Origin: Promethearchaeota archaeon Loki_b32
GTDB taxonomy: Archaea; Asgardarchaeota; Lokiarchaeia; Sigyniarchaeales; SOKP01
Reading direction: 5' to 3'
DNA: 64,000 nt
Assembly: GCA_005223125.1 (NCBI GenBank)
Contig: NJBH01000010.1
Span: 1-64,000, forward strand
Below are positions 42,401 to 51,375 of the stretch, in pieces. The position numbers and the translations under genes are program-made. How positions within the stretch are numbered: the stretch's first letter is position 1; each line of letters opens with the position of its first letter. The notes below the pieces were generated by a model. That model made no database searches. It was not told the origin of the DNA and was given only the letters and a program-made list of their open reading frames with translations.

Positions 42401-43917
42401 AATGATGATAAAGAAGCTTGAAAATTGGTCATTTTAGAGTTCAATTGATTTTTCTCAAGTTGAATAGCATTTATATTATTTTCTAAATCTTTTTGGTTCT
42501 GATTTTCTTTAGAAATTTTAGTGTTTAACTCGTTTATTCGTTTTCTTATTTCCGATTCTGCTTTTTTAGTGGCTTCAATGGCTTCGTCAATACTTTCTGC
42601 ATCTCTTTTTAATTTTTGAAGCTCATTTTCTAATTTATCCTTCTTTTCTTCATTCTTTTTAATAGTGCCTCTGAGCATCTTAATTTGGGCGTTATTAGAT
42701 GAAATGCTTTGTTGGATCTTAGAAATATCTGCTTTAAAAAGAGATTTTTCATCTTCAGTATTTTTTATTTTAACATCCAATTCAGCTTGATTTTGATGCT
42801 TTTTTTCAATTTCAATTTTAGTTTCTTCAATAAGATTCTCGAATTCCGAAATTTCATTTGTTACATTTTCTATTAGTGAATCAAATGATTGTCCTTCCTC
42901 AAGTTCCATTTGCTGACTTTCTAAAGTTTCAATTTCTTTAGTTAATTTATCAATTGACTTTTTAGCTAAATTTAATGTTGTCTGACTTGAAGAAATTTGT
43001 GTTTTTACTTGAGTTATTTTTTCCGTGATCTGCTCTCTTTCCTTTTCTTTATCTGTAATGGTTTTTTGAATATTATCCATAACAAGAGATTCTTGTTTTA
43101 ATATGTCTTCTTGTCGGTTTATTTTTTCTTGCAATTCTTCAGTAATTTTTAATGAATTTTCGATCTTCTTTTCCAATTCATCTTCTTCTTCTCTCAATTT
43201 TGATATATTTAATGCAATCAGCTGTGAATTTAAAAAATTTATTTGTTCATCTAATTCTTTCCAAGCTAATGCATCATTTTTCTCTTTTTCAACCTTTTTC
43301 AATTGTGCTGACACTTCTTTGAAGATAGCCTCAAATTGTCCTAAATCTCTTTCTGCTTTTTCTAGCTCCTTTAATGTCGCATCTTTCATTTCGTCATATT
43401 TTTGAAGACCTATTAATTCCTCGATAAATCTCCTACGATTTTCTGTATTCATATGAGTTAACTCTACTATTTTTCCCTGAAGAACAAATTGATTACTTCC
43501 ATCAGGATCAATATTTGCTGCTGCTAATGCATTAAGAATTTGTTGTCGGGTTGATTTTTTTCCATTCATTTTATACCCCCCCCCGCCACCTCTCTTAACT
43601 ACACGTGTAATTTCAAAATCATTGGTGGAACCTCCCGGGAAAAGATTCTCAGAATTATCGAAATATAATGTAACAGACGCTCTTTGAGAGGGATTTTTTC
43701 CTCGTGAACCAGCAAAGATCAAATCTTCTAAACTCTTAGCCCTCATCGTTTTTTTACTTAGTCTTCCTAAAGCAAAACAAAGTGCATCAATAATATTTGA
43801 TTTTCCCGCACCATTAGGTCCTACAATGCATGTAAATCCACTAGAAAGCCGAATGGTTACCGTTCTATCTCCAAAGCTTTTAAAACCACTCATAGAAATT
43901 TTCTTAATGTAAGTCAA
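39463..43917 (-). CDS. smc: Smc ATPase, unusually long, no canonical hinge recognisable
   Basis: GFKSF, GPNGAGKSN, Q-loop VLQG, PVNLKAIEQY, LSGGEK, LDEIDAALD, ISH. Confidence 0.95.
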   Translation of the reverse strand: MTYIKKISMSGFKSFGDRTVTIRLSSGFTCIVGPNGAGKSNIIDALCFALGRLSKKTMRAKSLEDLIFAGSRGKNPSQRASVTLYFDNSENLFPGGSTNDFEITRVVKRGGGGGYKMNGKKSTRQQILNALAAANIDPDGSNQFVLQGKIVELTHMNTENRRRFIEELIGLQKYDEMKDATLKELEKAERDLGQFEAIFKEVSAQLKKVEKEKNDALAWKELDEQINFLNSQLIALNISKLREEEDELEKKIENSLKITEELQEKINRQEDILKQESLVMDNIQKTITDKEKEREQITEKITQVKTQISSSQTTLNLAKKSIDKLTKEIETLESQQMELEEGQSFDSLIENVTNEISEFENLIEETKIEIEKKHQNQAELDVKIKNTEDEKSLFKADISKIQQSISSNNAQIKMLRGTIKKNEEKKDKLENELQKLKRDAESIDEAIEATKKAESEIRKRINELNTKISKENQNQKDLENNINAIQLEKNQLNSKMTNFQASLSSLNTEIKMNQDNIQELNQKKISIENKIADLSKGKDAEKAVKELLKENEDYNKDLNELRTKFKQENSVYRKNEQDLELIKMKRYSYESEINDNRAKTDNINTELRILSKELTKLDREKNNLELQVDSLNKNITNIKSEAEKSEYKKENVQRRLEELSQERENLSKKIESSEEEYEKNTKDITGILQILNMLTQNINISVESIKSNIQQSNAEAIESSAEDFKKFILDIIDIMKSVEAIGGDEEKPTEMTEMLSSIMQTLRLFTDNADDTIIQLIDKVKESADVEVQSSTSTFDSFVQDLMEILENVYLSLRKLTMSKSQELYKQLEEISENINSQSEDYNKIEKQLSESNIQEKHFSENLSAYNKRLEEINKRTTELNERIKKAEEEIAERDKTISNRQLEVDNLDNEIIKLKEVKDTYWDKISKIQDDIDIKQKELENLREKLQELHGIQNLFDNIIEIDDNIEKLNNLIREKKDLIINTEEHIKTIRSEQDSLQKNIDELILQKENFWDKTENIRKQIDDENKTLEDTMDRLRALENVMRIITSIEDIKKENIEANNKIENCQKDIEGLNSQVDEIQKNVDQKQQVIDSLRNEKSEELESQKAAQKKLNKLNKDLQKSQGKLNELNKNKEREQKIIELGQDIRDTEEQVESITKELEVFKEDLNNEDMKKNEKQKEIDKFSQEKDESWKKQKQYQKTITDLKSDLSMENSKVNNFESKKIMCTDQIETLFQRSKEFGSLPPVTDDLSEAELQSDIMESKKKKKALEPVNLKAIEQYDAVKERFDEIDMRRQTIQRERKSILDAIDKIELEKTRTFMKAYHEINREFSRIFQKLSPGGSAKMILDRPDKPFEGGISIEARPRGKKISSLEILSGGEKTLVALSFIFAVQEFYPAPFYVLDEIDAALDGPNVHRVSMLLKEFATQAQFLVISHREENIVNSDRIYGVSMQQSGITDIFSVDLEEEAKRLLELEDIEPIITE

Positions 43918-44093
43918 AATTTATCTCCCTTTCTACTCTTTATTATTAAAAAAATAGTGTGATTACACCTATAAATATATAATATTCCCTATTAAAAAAA
44001 TCTGTTTTACATTTTCTGATTTTCGAAATCGTCCATAATTGGTTTTTTCTATTGAAACTAGCAATCAATCAGATTAAGGCTTAAAAAAGATAA

Positions 44094-45284
44094 TTATTGA
44101 TTAAATATTGTGTCAATTATAACCTTGATTTGTTTAGGATTTATCAATATAAAAAATAAATTATTATTTACATTGGTAAGACTGTTATGAGTATTTAATT
44201 TGCTTAATATTTGTTTTGAGGTTTTTATAATTCCAATATTTAATAATTCTTCAGTTAATTTACGAAATTCATTAAAATTTTTATTATATTCTAATATCTC
44301 ACAGGAAATTTCATATAACTCTTGTAGTTCTTCTAAAGAAATATAATAATTCATTTTACGCATAAAATAATTTGAGAGGTTGTCTAAGAATATAACAGTT
44401 AAGATATCTTCTTCTGAAAGATAATAAAACATGCTAAACTCATCAGAAATTTGAAAATTATCAAACTCATTCTGACAAATTTCTAAAAGTTCAAAATTAC
44501 TAATATTATTTTTGTTTTTTAATATTGGATATATATCTCGAAGAATGTCAATCCCTTTGCCAGGAACAGGCACATATTGTTCACAAATTAAATCTGTTAT
44601 ATATTGAATTAATTGATTATCAATTTCATGTGAAAAACTTAATAGGACTCTTTGTTTAAGAATAGCATAAAGCTCATGATAAGTGAAAAAATTTAATCTA
44701 TTTTTAAAATCAAATTCAGAAAGCAAATCTATTGTTCCTGGGCGAATAATTTTATTTGCAGTAGAGATTAAAGTTATATTCGCCTCTCTACTGAATTGTA
44801 GGAATTTATTAAAAATTTCGGGTTCTAAATATTCGATGTTATTAAATATAAAAAACAAATGAGAATCGACCTTATTGCTAATAAATTTAAAAGTGTTCCA
44901 TAAGTTGGAGATATCTGAATTTAAAATCGATCGTAAATCGATATTGATATTAGAAAAGGTAATTATTTCACTTAACAATGAAAATATTACTTCTTCAATG
45001 TTTTTTTCCTTACAATCCACAAAAACGTTATTAATTTGAATGAAATCTTTATTTTGATTTAAAAGATCATTTAATACTTTATTTATTACTGCTTTCTTTC
45101 CGATTCCATTAATCCCTTGATATAATATATTAAGGCAAAACTCATCAGAAATTGAATCATTTAAAATCGAAAATAAAGAATCTTCTTCTTTTTTTCTGTA
45201 TAATAGACGTGGTGGGATAAAATTTGGATCAAACAAAGCTTTAGTTCCTATATAGTTATTATTTAGATTGGATTTTGCTATCAT
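44094..45284 (-). CDS. Cdc6/Orc1-like protein with degenerate ATPase motifs
   Basis: FDPNFIPPRLLYRKKE N-terminal motif, GINGIGKK, FIFNNIE, YHELYAILKQR, C-terminal winged helix; ATG 45284 preferred over GTG 45350. Confidence 0.8.
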   Translation of the reverse strand: MIAKSNLNNNYIGTKALFDPNFIPPRLLYRKKEEDSLFSILNDSISDEFCLNILYQGINGIGKKAVINKVLNDLLNQNKDFIQINNVFVDCKEKNIEEVIFSLLSEIITFSNINIDLRSILNSDISNLWNTFKFISNKVDSHLFFIFNNIEYLEPEIFNKFLQFSREANITLISTANKIIRPGTIDLLSEFDFKNRLNFFTYHELYAILKQRVLLSFSHEIDNQLIQYITDLICEQYVPVPGKGIDILRDIYPILKNKNNISNFELLEICQNEFDNFQISDEFSMFYYLSEEDILTVIFLDNLSNYFMRKMNYYISLEELQELYEISCEILEYNKNFNEFRKLTEELLNIGIIKTSKQILSKLNTHNSLTNVNNNLFFILINPKQIKVIIDTIFNQ

Positions 45285-45500
45285 ATTTTTAACCTTAGTT
45301 TTAATTGATTTTAGACATATATATTTAAACCCCACCCACAGAGAGGTCACTAAAAGTAAAACTAAATTTAATATTAGAGGAAAATTATAGTAGAAATATA
45401 ATCTTTTAAAAATGTGAGGATTTAAATATAGCTTGGGTTAAAAATTCCTTTAAAACAAGATTGGAAGATCCAGAAGAGAATTTCAATTTATAAATGAGAT

Positions 45501-46457
45501 CTATTCAAAACTTTCTAGTAAATTTTTTAAATTGGTAGCTAATAATGGCAAATATTCATAGGATTTAATTTTCACTTTCTTATTTAAACAGAGTGCCACC
45601 AAATAAAGTCTGGTATCACCAATATCCAATTTCCTAAGAAAAATTATTCCTTCCTTTTGAAATTTTGATTGTTTCTCTGGAAATTCTACATTTGTTACTA
45701 TATCGATTGTATTTATATCCCATTCTTCTAATTTTTCTAATGCTTGAGTCAATCTGGGTGCTATGGCTTCACAAATTTTCTGATAATTCTCATTTGTAGT
45801 TCTACTAGCAATTATAAAACAATTCTGATCTAATAGAAGCATCGAACTATTGTAAGTTTTACCCATATACTCTTTCAATAAAGATTCAAACATTTTGGAT
45901 TTGTGTGTTGCATAAAAAACACCATCAGAAAAAGCCTTTAATAAGCTTGGTTCATCATAAATAGACGTCCTAAAAATAGAAAACTTGACATCCTCTATTA
46001 CAGAGGAAATTTCATTTTCTAAATAATTAATGTGAGTTAAAACATCTTTATTATTTTTAATATCAGGATCATATTTGTGGAGTAATATTAAGAATTGGAA
46101 ATTATCAAGATGTGAATCTGAGGTGATATTTATAATATCTTTAAGAAAAGTTAAAGACTCTTCAAATTTCTCAGGTGCTTGAATGTCAATTACATAAAAT
46201 ATCGATTGCATTTCAGTAAAATATTTGCTTTTATCACCTAAATATATTTTTCTGTAATTCTTTTGACCACCTAAGTCCCAACGGACAATTGAAGTTCCCA
46301 ATAATGAGTTTGTATGAAAAGTTCTTTTTGCTTTGATTGTCGGTTTGACTGTAGGTAATAGGCTAAATTTTTTATCTAGTAAAAGTAAAATTGATGTCTT
46401 TCCACCACTTTCTAAACCACAGAAAAGTATTTTTTTAAGCTCTCTTGATCCTTTCAT
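45501..46457 (-). CDS. Rag/Gtr-like (Arf-related) GTPase with C-terminal roadblock-like domain
   Basis: GLESGGKTS, WDLGGQ, G4 HKYD (His-type as in Rag/Gtr), TSIYD; C-terminal SSMLLLDQNCFIIAS. Confidence 0.85.
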   Translation of the reverse strand: MKGSRELKKILFCGLESGGKTSILLLLDKKFSLLPTVKPTIKAKRTFHTNSLLGTSIVRWDLGGQKNYRKIYLGDKSKYFTEMQSIFYVIDIQAPEKFEESLTFLKDIINITSDSHLDNFQFLILLHKYDPDIKNNKDVLTHINYLENEISSVIEDVKFSIFRTSIYDEPSLLKAFSDGVFYATHKSKMFESLLKEYMGKTYNSSMLLLDQNCFIIASRTTNENYQKICEAIAPRLTQALEKLEEWDINTIDIVTNVEFPEKQSKFQKEGIIFLRKLDIGDTRLYLVALCLNKKVKIKSYEYLPLLATNLKNLLESFE

Positions 46458-46482
46458 ATCAATTTACAGTATCACATTTAAT

Positions 46483-47301
46483 TTATTTATTAATGATTTT
46501 GACTTTGATATTATTTTTTTCAATTTTTTCATTAAAACGAATTTCTCTTAATTTTCTCGGAAATTGTAAATCTATCTTATCAAAAATAAATCCACTTGAG
46601 TTTATTGGCCCTTCTACAATTTTTAATTTTGATGGAGATATATGTCCTTCATAAAAAGATATTATCTTGCTGTTTCCAAGAAAATTCCTTTTAAGATACT
46701 TACCTAACGTATTACATGCTACAATAGGTACTCTATTTTCAAGAGCTCGTGCTTTTAGATATATATACCAATTTTTCATTCCATCATCTCTTATTTGAGT
46801 TGGTGAAAACAAGATATCTGCTCCATTTTCAACAGACAGTCTAGGAGTTTCAAAAAAAGCCATATCAAAACATATAAGAATTGTAAAATTATAAGAGTTA
46901 TTTAGTTTAAATAACTTTAATTCTTTACCGGGCTCAAATAATTCACGTTCATAAGCGTACAGATGTATTTTATCTTGTCTACCAATTTCTTCACCATTTT
47001 CATTAATAAAATAACATGTTATAGCAGGTTTTTTTGAATTAGTTCTTTTTTCCCAGATTGCGCCAGAAATGAATTTTATATTATATTTTTTCGCTAAATT
47101 CTTAATAAAAAAGTAATCATTACCCCTTTGATCTTGAAAATTTTGAGCTGAATCTCTAAAAAAAGGAACCCATCTTTCTGGTAAGCATATAATATCACAT
47201 TTATTATGTTCCTTCAACAATTCTTTTAAAATCCGTTCAATTTCGTTGTAACATTTTGTTCTATTTTCAAAAATTTGAGGTTGAATACAAGCTATATTCA
47301 T
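46483..47301 (-). CDS. Carbon-nitrogen hydrolase (nitrilase superfamily)
   Basis: LPE, KIHL, ICFD catalytic triad; ARALEN. Confidence 0.92.
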   Translation of the reverse strand: MNIACIQPQIFENRTKCYNEIERILKELLKEHNKCDIICLPERWVPFFRDSAQNFQDQRGNDYFFIKNLAKKYNIKFISGAIWEKRTNSKKPAITCYFINENGEEIGRQDKIHLYAYERELFEPGKELKLFKLNNSYNFTILICFDMAFFETPRLSVENGADILFSPTQIRDDGMKNWYIYLKARALENRVPIVACNTLGKYLKRNFLGNSKIISFYEGHISPSKLKIVEGPINSSGFIFDKIDLQFPRKLREIRFNEKIEKNNIKVKIINK

Positions 47302-47309
47302 TTTATGCT

Positions 47310-48065
47310 TTACTCCAAAATTTCTTTATTGTTAATTTGATCAATTACATCAAATAATTCATCCAAACTAGAGATTTCATAATTTGGCTTGAAATCTTTT
47401 TGAAAATTGAAATTGGTTTTATAATTATCATATTTTCCTCCTCTATGAAGATATACACTATGAATTTTATTTGCATTAGCTGGAATCATATCTTTTTCAA
47501 TTCTATCTCCAACATATATAGTCTCCTGACCTTTAACCCCAAATTTTTTCAAACAGTAATTAAATAGTTCTGGATTGGGTTTTTTAATTCCTATTTCATC
47601 TGAAATAACAACTAAATCAATTGAACTCTCAATTTTAAGTCTTAAAATCTTTTCATACTGTTTTATTGGTATTCCATCTGTAATAATTGCCGTTTTTATT
47701 GATAATTCCTTTATTCTCCTTAAATTATTTTTAACATCATCATATAATTTTATTGAATTAACTTTTTCTTCGTGGTATGCCATAACAGCTGCAGCTATAT
47801 ATTTATATCGATTATTATATGAGACATATTCTATATTTTCATCCACCTGATTCAATCTTCTAATAAAGATATTATAATGTTTTGAAAAATTTGAACCGTA
47901 TTCTTTTACAATTTCTCTTAATATCTGTTTTGCTTTCTCCTTATCTATTTTCAAGCCTAAATTAATCATTGCGTTAAGTCCATTAATTCTGGCTCTTTCA
48001 GATAAGCCCGTCGAGTCAAAGAGACAATCATCTAAATCAAATCCAATCAATTTTATGGGACTCAT
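47310..48065 (-). CDS. HAD-superfamily hydrolase
   Basis: FDLDDCL, ITDG, KP, VGDRIEKD. Confidence 0.92.
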   Translation of the reverse strand: MSPIKLIGFDLDDCLFDSTGLSERARINGLNAMINLGLKIDKEKAKQILREIVKEYGSNFSKHYNIFIRRLNQVDENIEYVSYNNRYKYIAAAVMAYHEEKVNSIKLYDDVKNNLRRIKELSIKTAIITDGIPIKQYEKILRLKIESSIDLVVISDEIGIKKPNPELFNYCLKKFGVKGQETIYVGDRIEKDMIPANANKIHSVYLHRGGKYDNYKTNFNFQKDFKPNYEISSLDELFDVIDQINNKEILE

Positions 48066-48257
48066 TATCAGATTCCTTTTTTATCTTTAACTCATTAAAA
48101 TAATTTAAGTTGATTGCTTATATTAATTATCCTAAGATATTAGAGGTTAAGTTAAGATAAATTTATTTATCTTTAATAATATATAATCTTCAATATTAAT
48201 TTATTTTAGGTTAAACAGAAAAAAAAGCTGTTCTTGTTATTTAACAAATAAACCGTA

Positions 48258-49484
48258 ATGGAGATTCATTATTTGAAAACAATCGTCGCCTTATCATATT
48301 TTCATCGCAAAATTGGTCCTTTAGTATTTTATTCTTATCCAAAAAATATTTTAGATAAGGAATTATCATTAAAAATTGCTAACATCATGGATCAGCAATT
48401 TAGTGAAGGTTTTTTTACACATTCGTTTGAAAATCTAAAATCAATGAATTATTACTTTGAAATTCATTCAGATTGGGCTCGAGGAAATAAGGAAATGCTC
48501 ATGATTTCAATAATTTTAGATCAGCAAATTTCGCTCGAAATCGAAGAAAAAATCTCAATTTTATGTAATGAATTTTCAGAACAGTTACAATCAAATGAAG
48601 AGATTTATACAGCATTTTATATTAATGATATGAATAATTTTGAAGAAGATGATCAGGAAAACATAGTTAAAAACGAATCTTTAATCAATTTATGGGTAAC
48701 TAATTTATACTGGAATGTCATAGAATATACAAGAGAGAAAACGGAAGAAGAAAAAATCGGTTTTTTATTAAAGGATAAACAAATATTTAAAACCTTAGAA
48801 AAGTTATCAAAAGGCCCAATCCCTTTAGAATGGTTAAGAGAATGGTTTATCGAAAAATTCCCTGAAAAAGATTTTAATGAGATTATTGAAACTTTAGATG
48901 ATCGACAATTTATTTTTATTAATCAAATAGGTTTAGTAGAAAAATATGTACTTTTAGTTAAAGAAGTTAATGCTGAAAGAATCCCACCAGACAGTGTCAT
49001 TGAATATATTGATGATAAACCAGAATTAATTGAATTACTTCTCCCAAAAGTTCAAGAATACTTCAGTGAATACGAAAGGAAAACTAAGGAAGATATAAAG
49101 GATGATGCCTTTACATTATATCAAATTATGGCAGACCCCAAAAAATATAATGTTCTTTCCGAATTAAGAAATGGACTAATTTCAAAGGATAAATTACCAA
49201 AATTAGTATCAAAAAAATCTCTGGATTCATTAATGGAAAACATTGAATTCTTAAAGAATTTTGATGTAATTGAAGAATTAAATTACAACGGGGAAACTTA
49301 TATAGTTTTAAAGACAAATTTACAAATTACTACAGCTTTTCCAGAATGGATGAGAAAATTGTTACCCAAAGAATCAGAACCCGTAGTAGCAAATAAATAT
49401 CTCACTAAGGTTAAAGAAGGTAAAGAGACGTCAAAAAGTAGGAGAAGTAAAAATTCAAAAAAAAGAGCAACACCTAAAAAATAA
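48258..49484 (+). CDS. Longin/uDENN-like protein with C-terminal winged-helix-like regions
   Basis: ALSYFHRKIGPLVFYSYP matches the F(H/C)...GP longin start of NPRL2/FLCN; FEIHSDWARGNKEMLMISII. Confidence 0.7.
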   Translation: MEIHYLKTIVALSYFHRKIGPLVFYSYPKNILDKELSLKIANIMDQQFSEGFFTHSFENLKSMNYYFEIHSDWARGNKEMLMISIILDQQISLEIEEKISILCNEFSEQLQSNEEIYTAFYINDMNNFEEDDQENIVKNESLINLWVTNLYWNVIEYTREKTEEEKIGFLLKDKQIFKTLEKLSKGPIPLEWLREWFIEKFPEKDFNEIIETLDDRQFIFINQIGLVEKYVLLVKEVNAERIPPDSVIEYIDDKPELIELLLPKVQEYFSEYERKTKEDIKDDAFTLYQIMADPKKYNVLSELRNGLISKDKLPKLVSKKSLDSLMENIEFLKNFDVIEELNYNGETYIVLKTNLQITTAFPEWMRKLLPKESEPVVANKYLTKVKEGKETSKSRRSKNSKKRATPKK

Positions 49485-49507
49485 TTTTAATACAAACGAT
49501 TTGGGCT

Positions 49508-49753
49508 ATGTCTAAAGAAGAAACTCAAGAGGATTTAAAAAATCTTTTAGGTTATATGGGAATCGAAATACTAGTAGCAATCGATAATGGAGCAAAAACT
49601 TATGAAACAATTAAATTATTCTCTGGATTACCAATTTCATGTATAAACGGGAGAGTACCCGTCTTACTTGATTTAGGCCTTATTAAAAAGAATAATAATG
49701 AATATTTTTTAACAGATAAAGGAATTCTTTTTAGAAAAAGATTAGACGAATAG
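49508..49753 (+). CDS. Small winged-helix protein
   Basis: 81 aa; LLDLGLIKK...YFLTDKG wing motif. Confidence 0.75.
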   Translation: MSKEETQEDLKNLLGYMGIEILVAIDNGAKTYETIKLFSGLPISCINGRVPVLLDLGLIKKNNNEYFLTDKGILFRKRLDE

Positions 49754-49767
49754 CTTTTAAAAAGGGA

Positions 49768-49842
49768 TGACATCAGTTTGGGGCGACAGTGTCATTGCTA
49801 CCGAGCAAGTAGCTAACTTTGTCATAAGTTCATCATTTGTCA
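49768..49842 (-). ncRNA. Box C/D sRNA (predicted 23S G2251-equivalent guide)
   Basis: Minus strand TGACA-A-ATGATGA (C box, 49830-49836) ... ATGACA (C'-like) CTGTCGCCCCAAA-CTGA (D box, 49773-49776)-TGTCA; terminal stem TGACA/TGTCA; GC-enriched island followed by a T-tract. Confidence 0.8.
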
Positions 49843-49849
49843 AATGATG

Positions 49850-50365
49850 CTAATTATCATTACTATTTAATTTTTGATTTTTAGTGGCTTTTTTATAATA
49901 TTTTCTCATATAATATCCTGGTCGTTTTAATCCGCCGCTCTCAGCAATGAGTCTCTCTAACCCACCTTCTTTTAATATAATATTTCTGTAAGTGTTATAA
50001 TCATTATTACTAATTTCATTCCTTCTTAATAGATAGTTTAAAAGATTTATTGCATCCTCCTTTTTTGTGCATCTCCTTATAAAATCAATCACATCTGGAT
50101 TATATAATTCATTCGGATATAATTTATTGGATTTCTGAGATTTTTCTTTATAATTCTTCTCAATTTCATAATCAACGGAATCAATTTTTATTGATTTCTT
50201 CTTTTCAAACATTTCTTTTGTCAAATGTGGGAAACGCTCATCTAATTCTTCCCTATTATACGATAACGTTAGTCCTTCATTGTCCTCAACTTTAATTTTA
50301 TTTTTAGGTTTTCTTTTTTTTTCTTCATCTCCCATGGATTTAATAACTCCTATAAGATGATTCAT
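49850..50365 (-). CDS. DUF2095-like archaeal protein
   Basis: PDVIDFIRRC...YLLRRNEIS...KRPGYY pattern; real start may be the downstream ATG (MGDEE). Confidence 0.75.
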   Translation of the reverse strand: MNHLIGVIKSMGDEEKKRKPKNKIKVEDNEGLTLSYNREELDERFPHLTKEMFEKKKSIKIDSVDYEIEKNYKEKSQKSNKLYPNELYNPDVIDFIRRCTKKEDAINLLNYLLRRNEISNNDYNTYRNIILKEGGLERLIAESGGLKRPGYYMRKYYKKATKNQKLNSNDN

Positions 50366-50631
50366 ACAATCTATTTAATTAACGTTTATATATTCTAAGT
50401 CCGTTTTAGCCATATTATATATAATATATAAGTTAAATAATTATTTAATTTTTAAAAATTTAAAAGATTTTTATGAAGGGTTTTGCTTTAAATTAACATA
50501 GGGTAAGTTGAGTAAAGCTTTTTTAAAAAATTAATAATTTGTTAACATATTCTTTTTAATAAATGATATTCTTTAAGTAAATTTAGGACTTATATTTATT
50601 ATAATATCTAGATTTGATAAATTAAAGGAGA

Positions 50632-51363
50632 GTGTTAATCTTGCTTAAGAAAAAGACATTCATACATCGAAATATTCCCTATTCTTTTAACTGGAATAAG
50701 ATGCACCATAAAGAAAAATACTCTCAATTAACTGTTAATAGAGAAGAATTAAATAGTCTTAAAGAACATTTTAAAAAAGTTTACGAAGGATTAATCCCTA
50801 ATAATCTATTTAATTCAAGAGATTTTCCTAGGGTATCTCAATTTAAAATCAAGGGTATTAAATCTGCTTTTATTAGAAGTTTTAGCAAAAATTTACTCAG
50901 ATCTGGTAAAGTTCAATATCACAATTCTAATTCAAAACTACCTAAGTATGCTCAAAAAGTATTTGATATTTATCGAAAAAATAATTTTATGGGTATCCCT
51001 GGACATGATCCGATTTTAAAAAATATTTTAATTAAAGATAAAGATGCTATTGCGATAGAAGTACCGATTTGGAGTGAAAAAGAGAATAAAGAAATTACAG
51101 GTCATATTGATTTGATTCAAATTGAGAATGATTCTGTTAAAGTGATTGATTATAAACCTGAAGGTAATTTTTTGCTTTCTCTCCCTCAAGTTGCCATGTA
51201 TGGGGTTTTAGTTAAATCTAAATTGAATTTAAATAAAGTTAAATGTATTTCATTTAACAAACAGGGTGCTTGGGAATATGATCCAACAATATTAAAAATG
51301 GATATAAAAGATTATTTGATCTCCCATCAAATTGATGAACGTCCATGGGAATTATTTATTTAA
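50632..51363 (+). CDS. PD-(D/E)XK nuclease (RecB-like)
   Basis: EVPI...GHIDL...IDYK...QVAMY; no Cas4 Fe-S cysteines. Confidence 0.85.
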   Translation: MLILLKKKTFIHRNIPYSFNWNKMHHKEKYSQLTVNREELNSLKEHFKKVYEGLIPNNLFNSRDFPRVSQFKIKGIKSAFIRSFSKNLLRSGKVQYHNSNSKLPKYAQKVFDIYRKNNFMGIPGHDPILKNILIKDKDAIAIEVPIWSEKENKEITGHIDLIQIENDSVKVIDYKPEGNFLLSLPQVAMYGVLVKSKLNLNKVKCISFNKQGAWEYDPTILKMDIKDYLISHQIDERPWELFI

Positions 51364-51375
51364 ATTTATCAATAT

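Noticed and set aside
43918-45500. Replication origin (ORB repeats) beside the cdc6-like gene
   Set aside because: No repeated TCCA..GAAAC/G-string boxes recognisable in flanking intergenic DNA.
49764-49800. SECIS element on plus strand (ATGA-containing hairpin)
   Set aside because: ATGACA is fully paired rather than forming tandem G:A pairs, no in-frame UGA selenoprotein is adjacent, and the minus-strand C/D reading fits better.
50632-51363. Cas4 / CRISPR system
   Set aside because: No Fe-S cysteines, no cas genes and no repeat-spacer array seen in the window.
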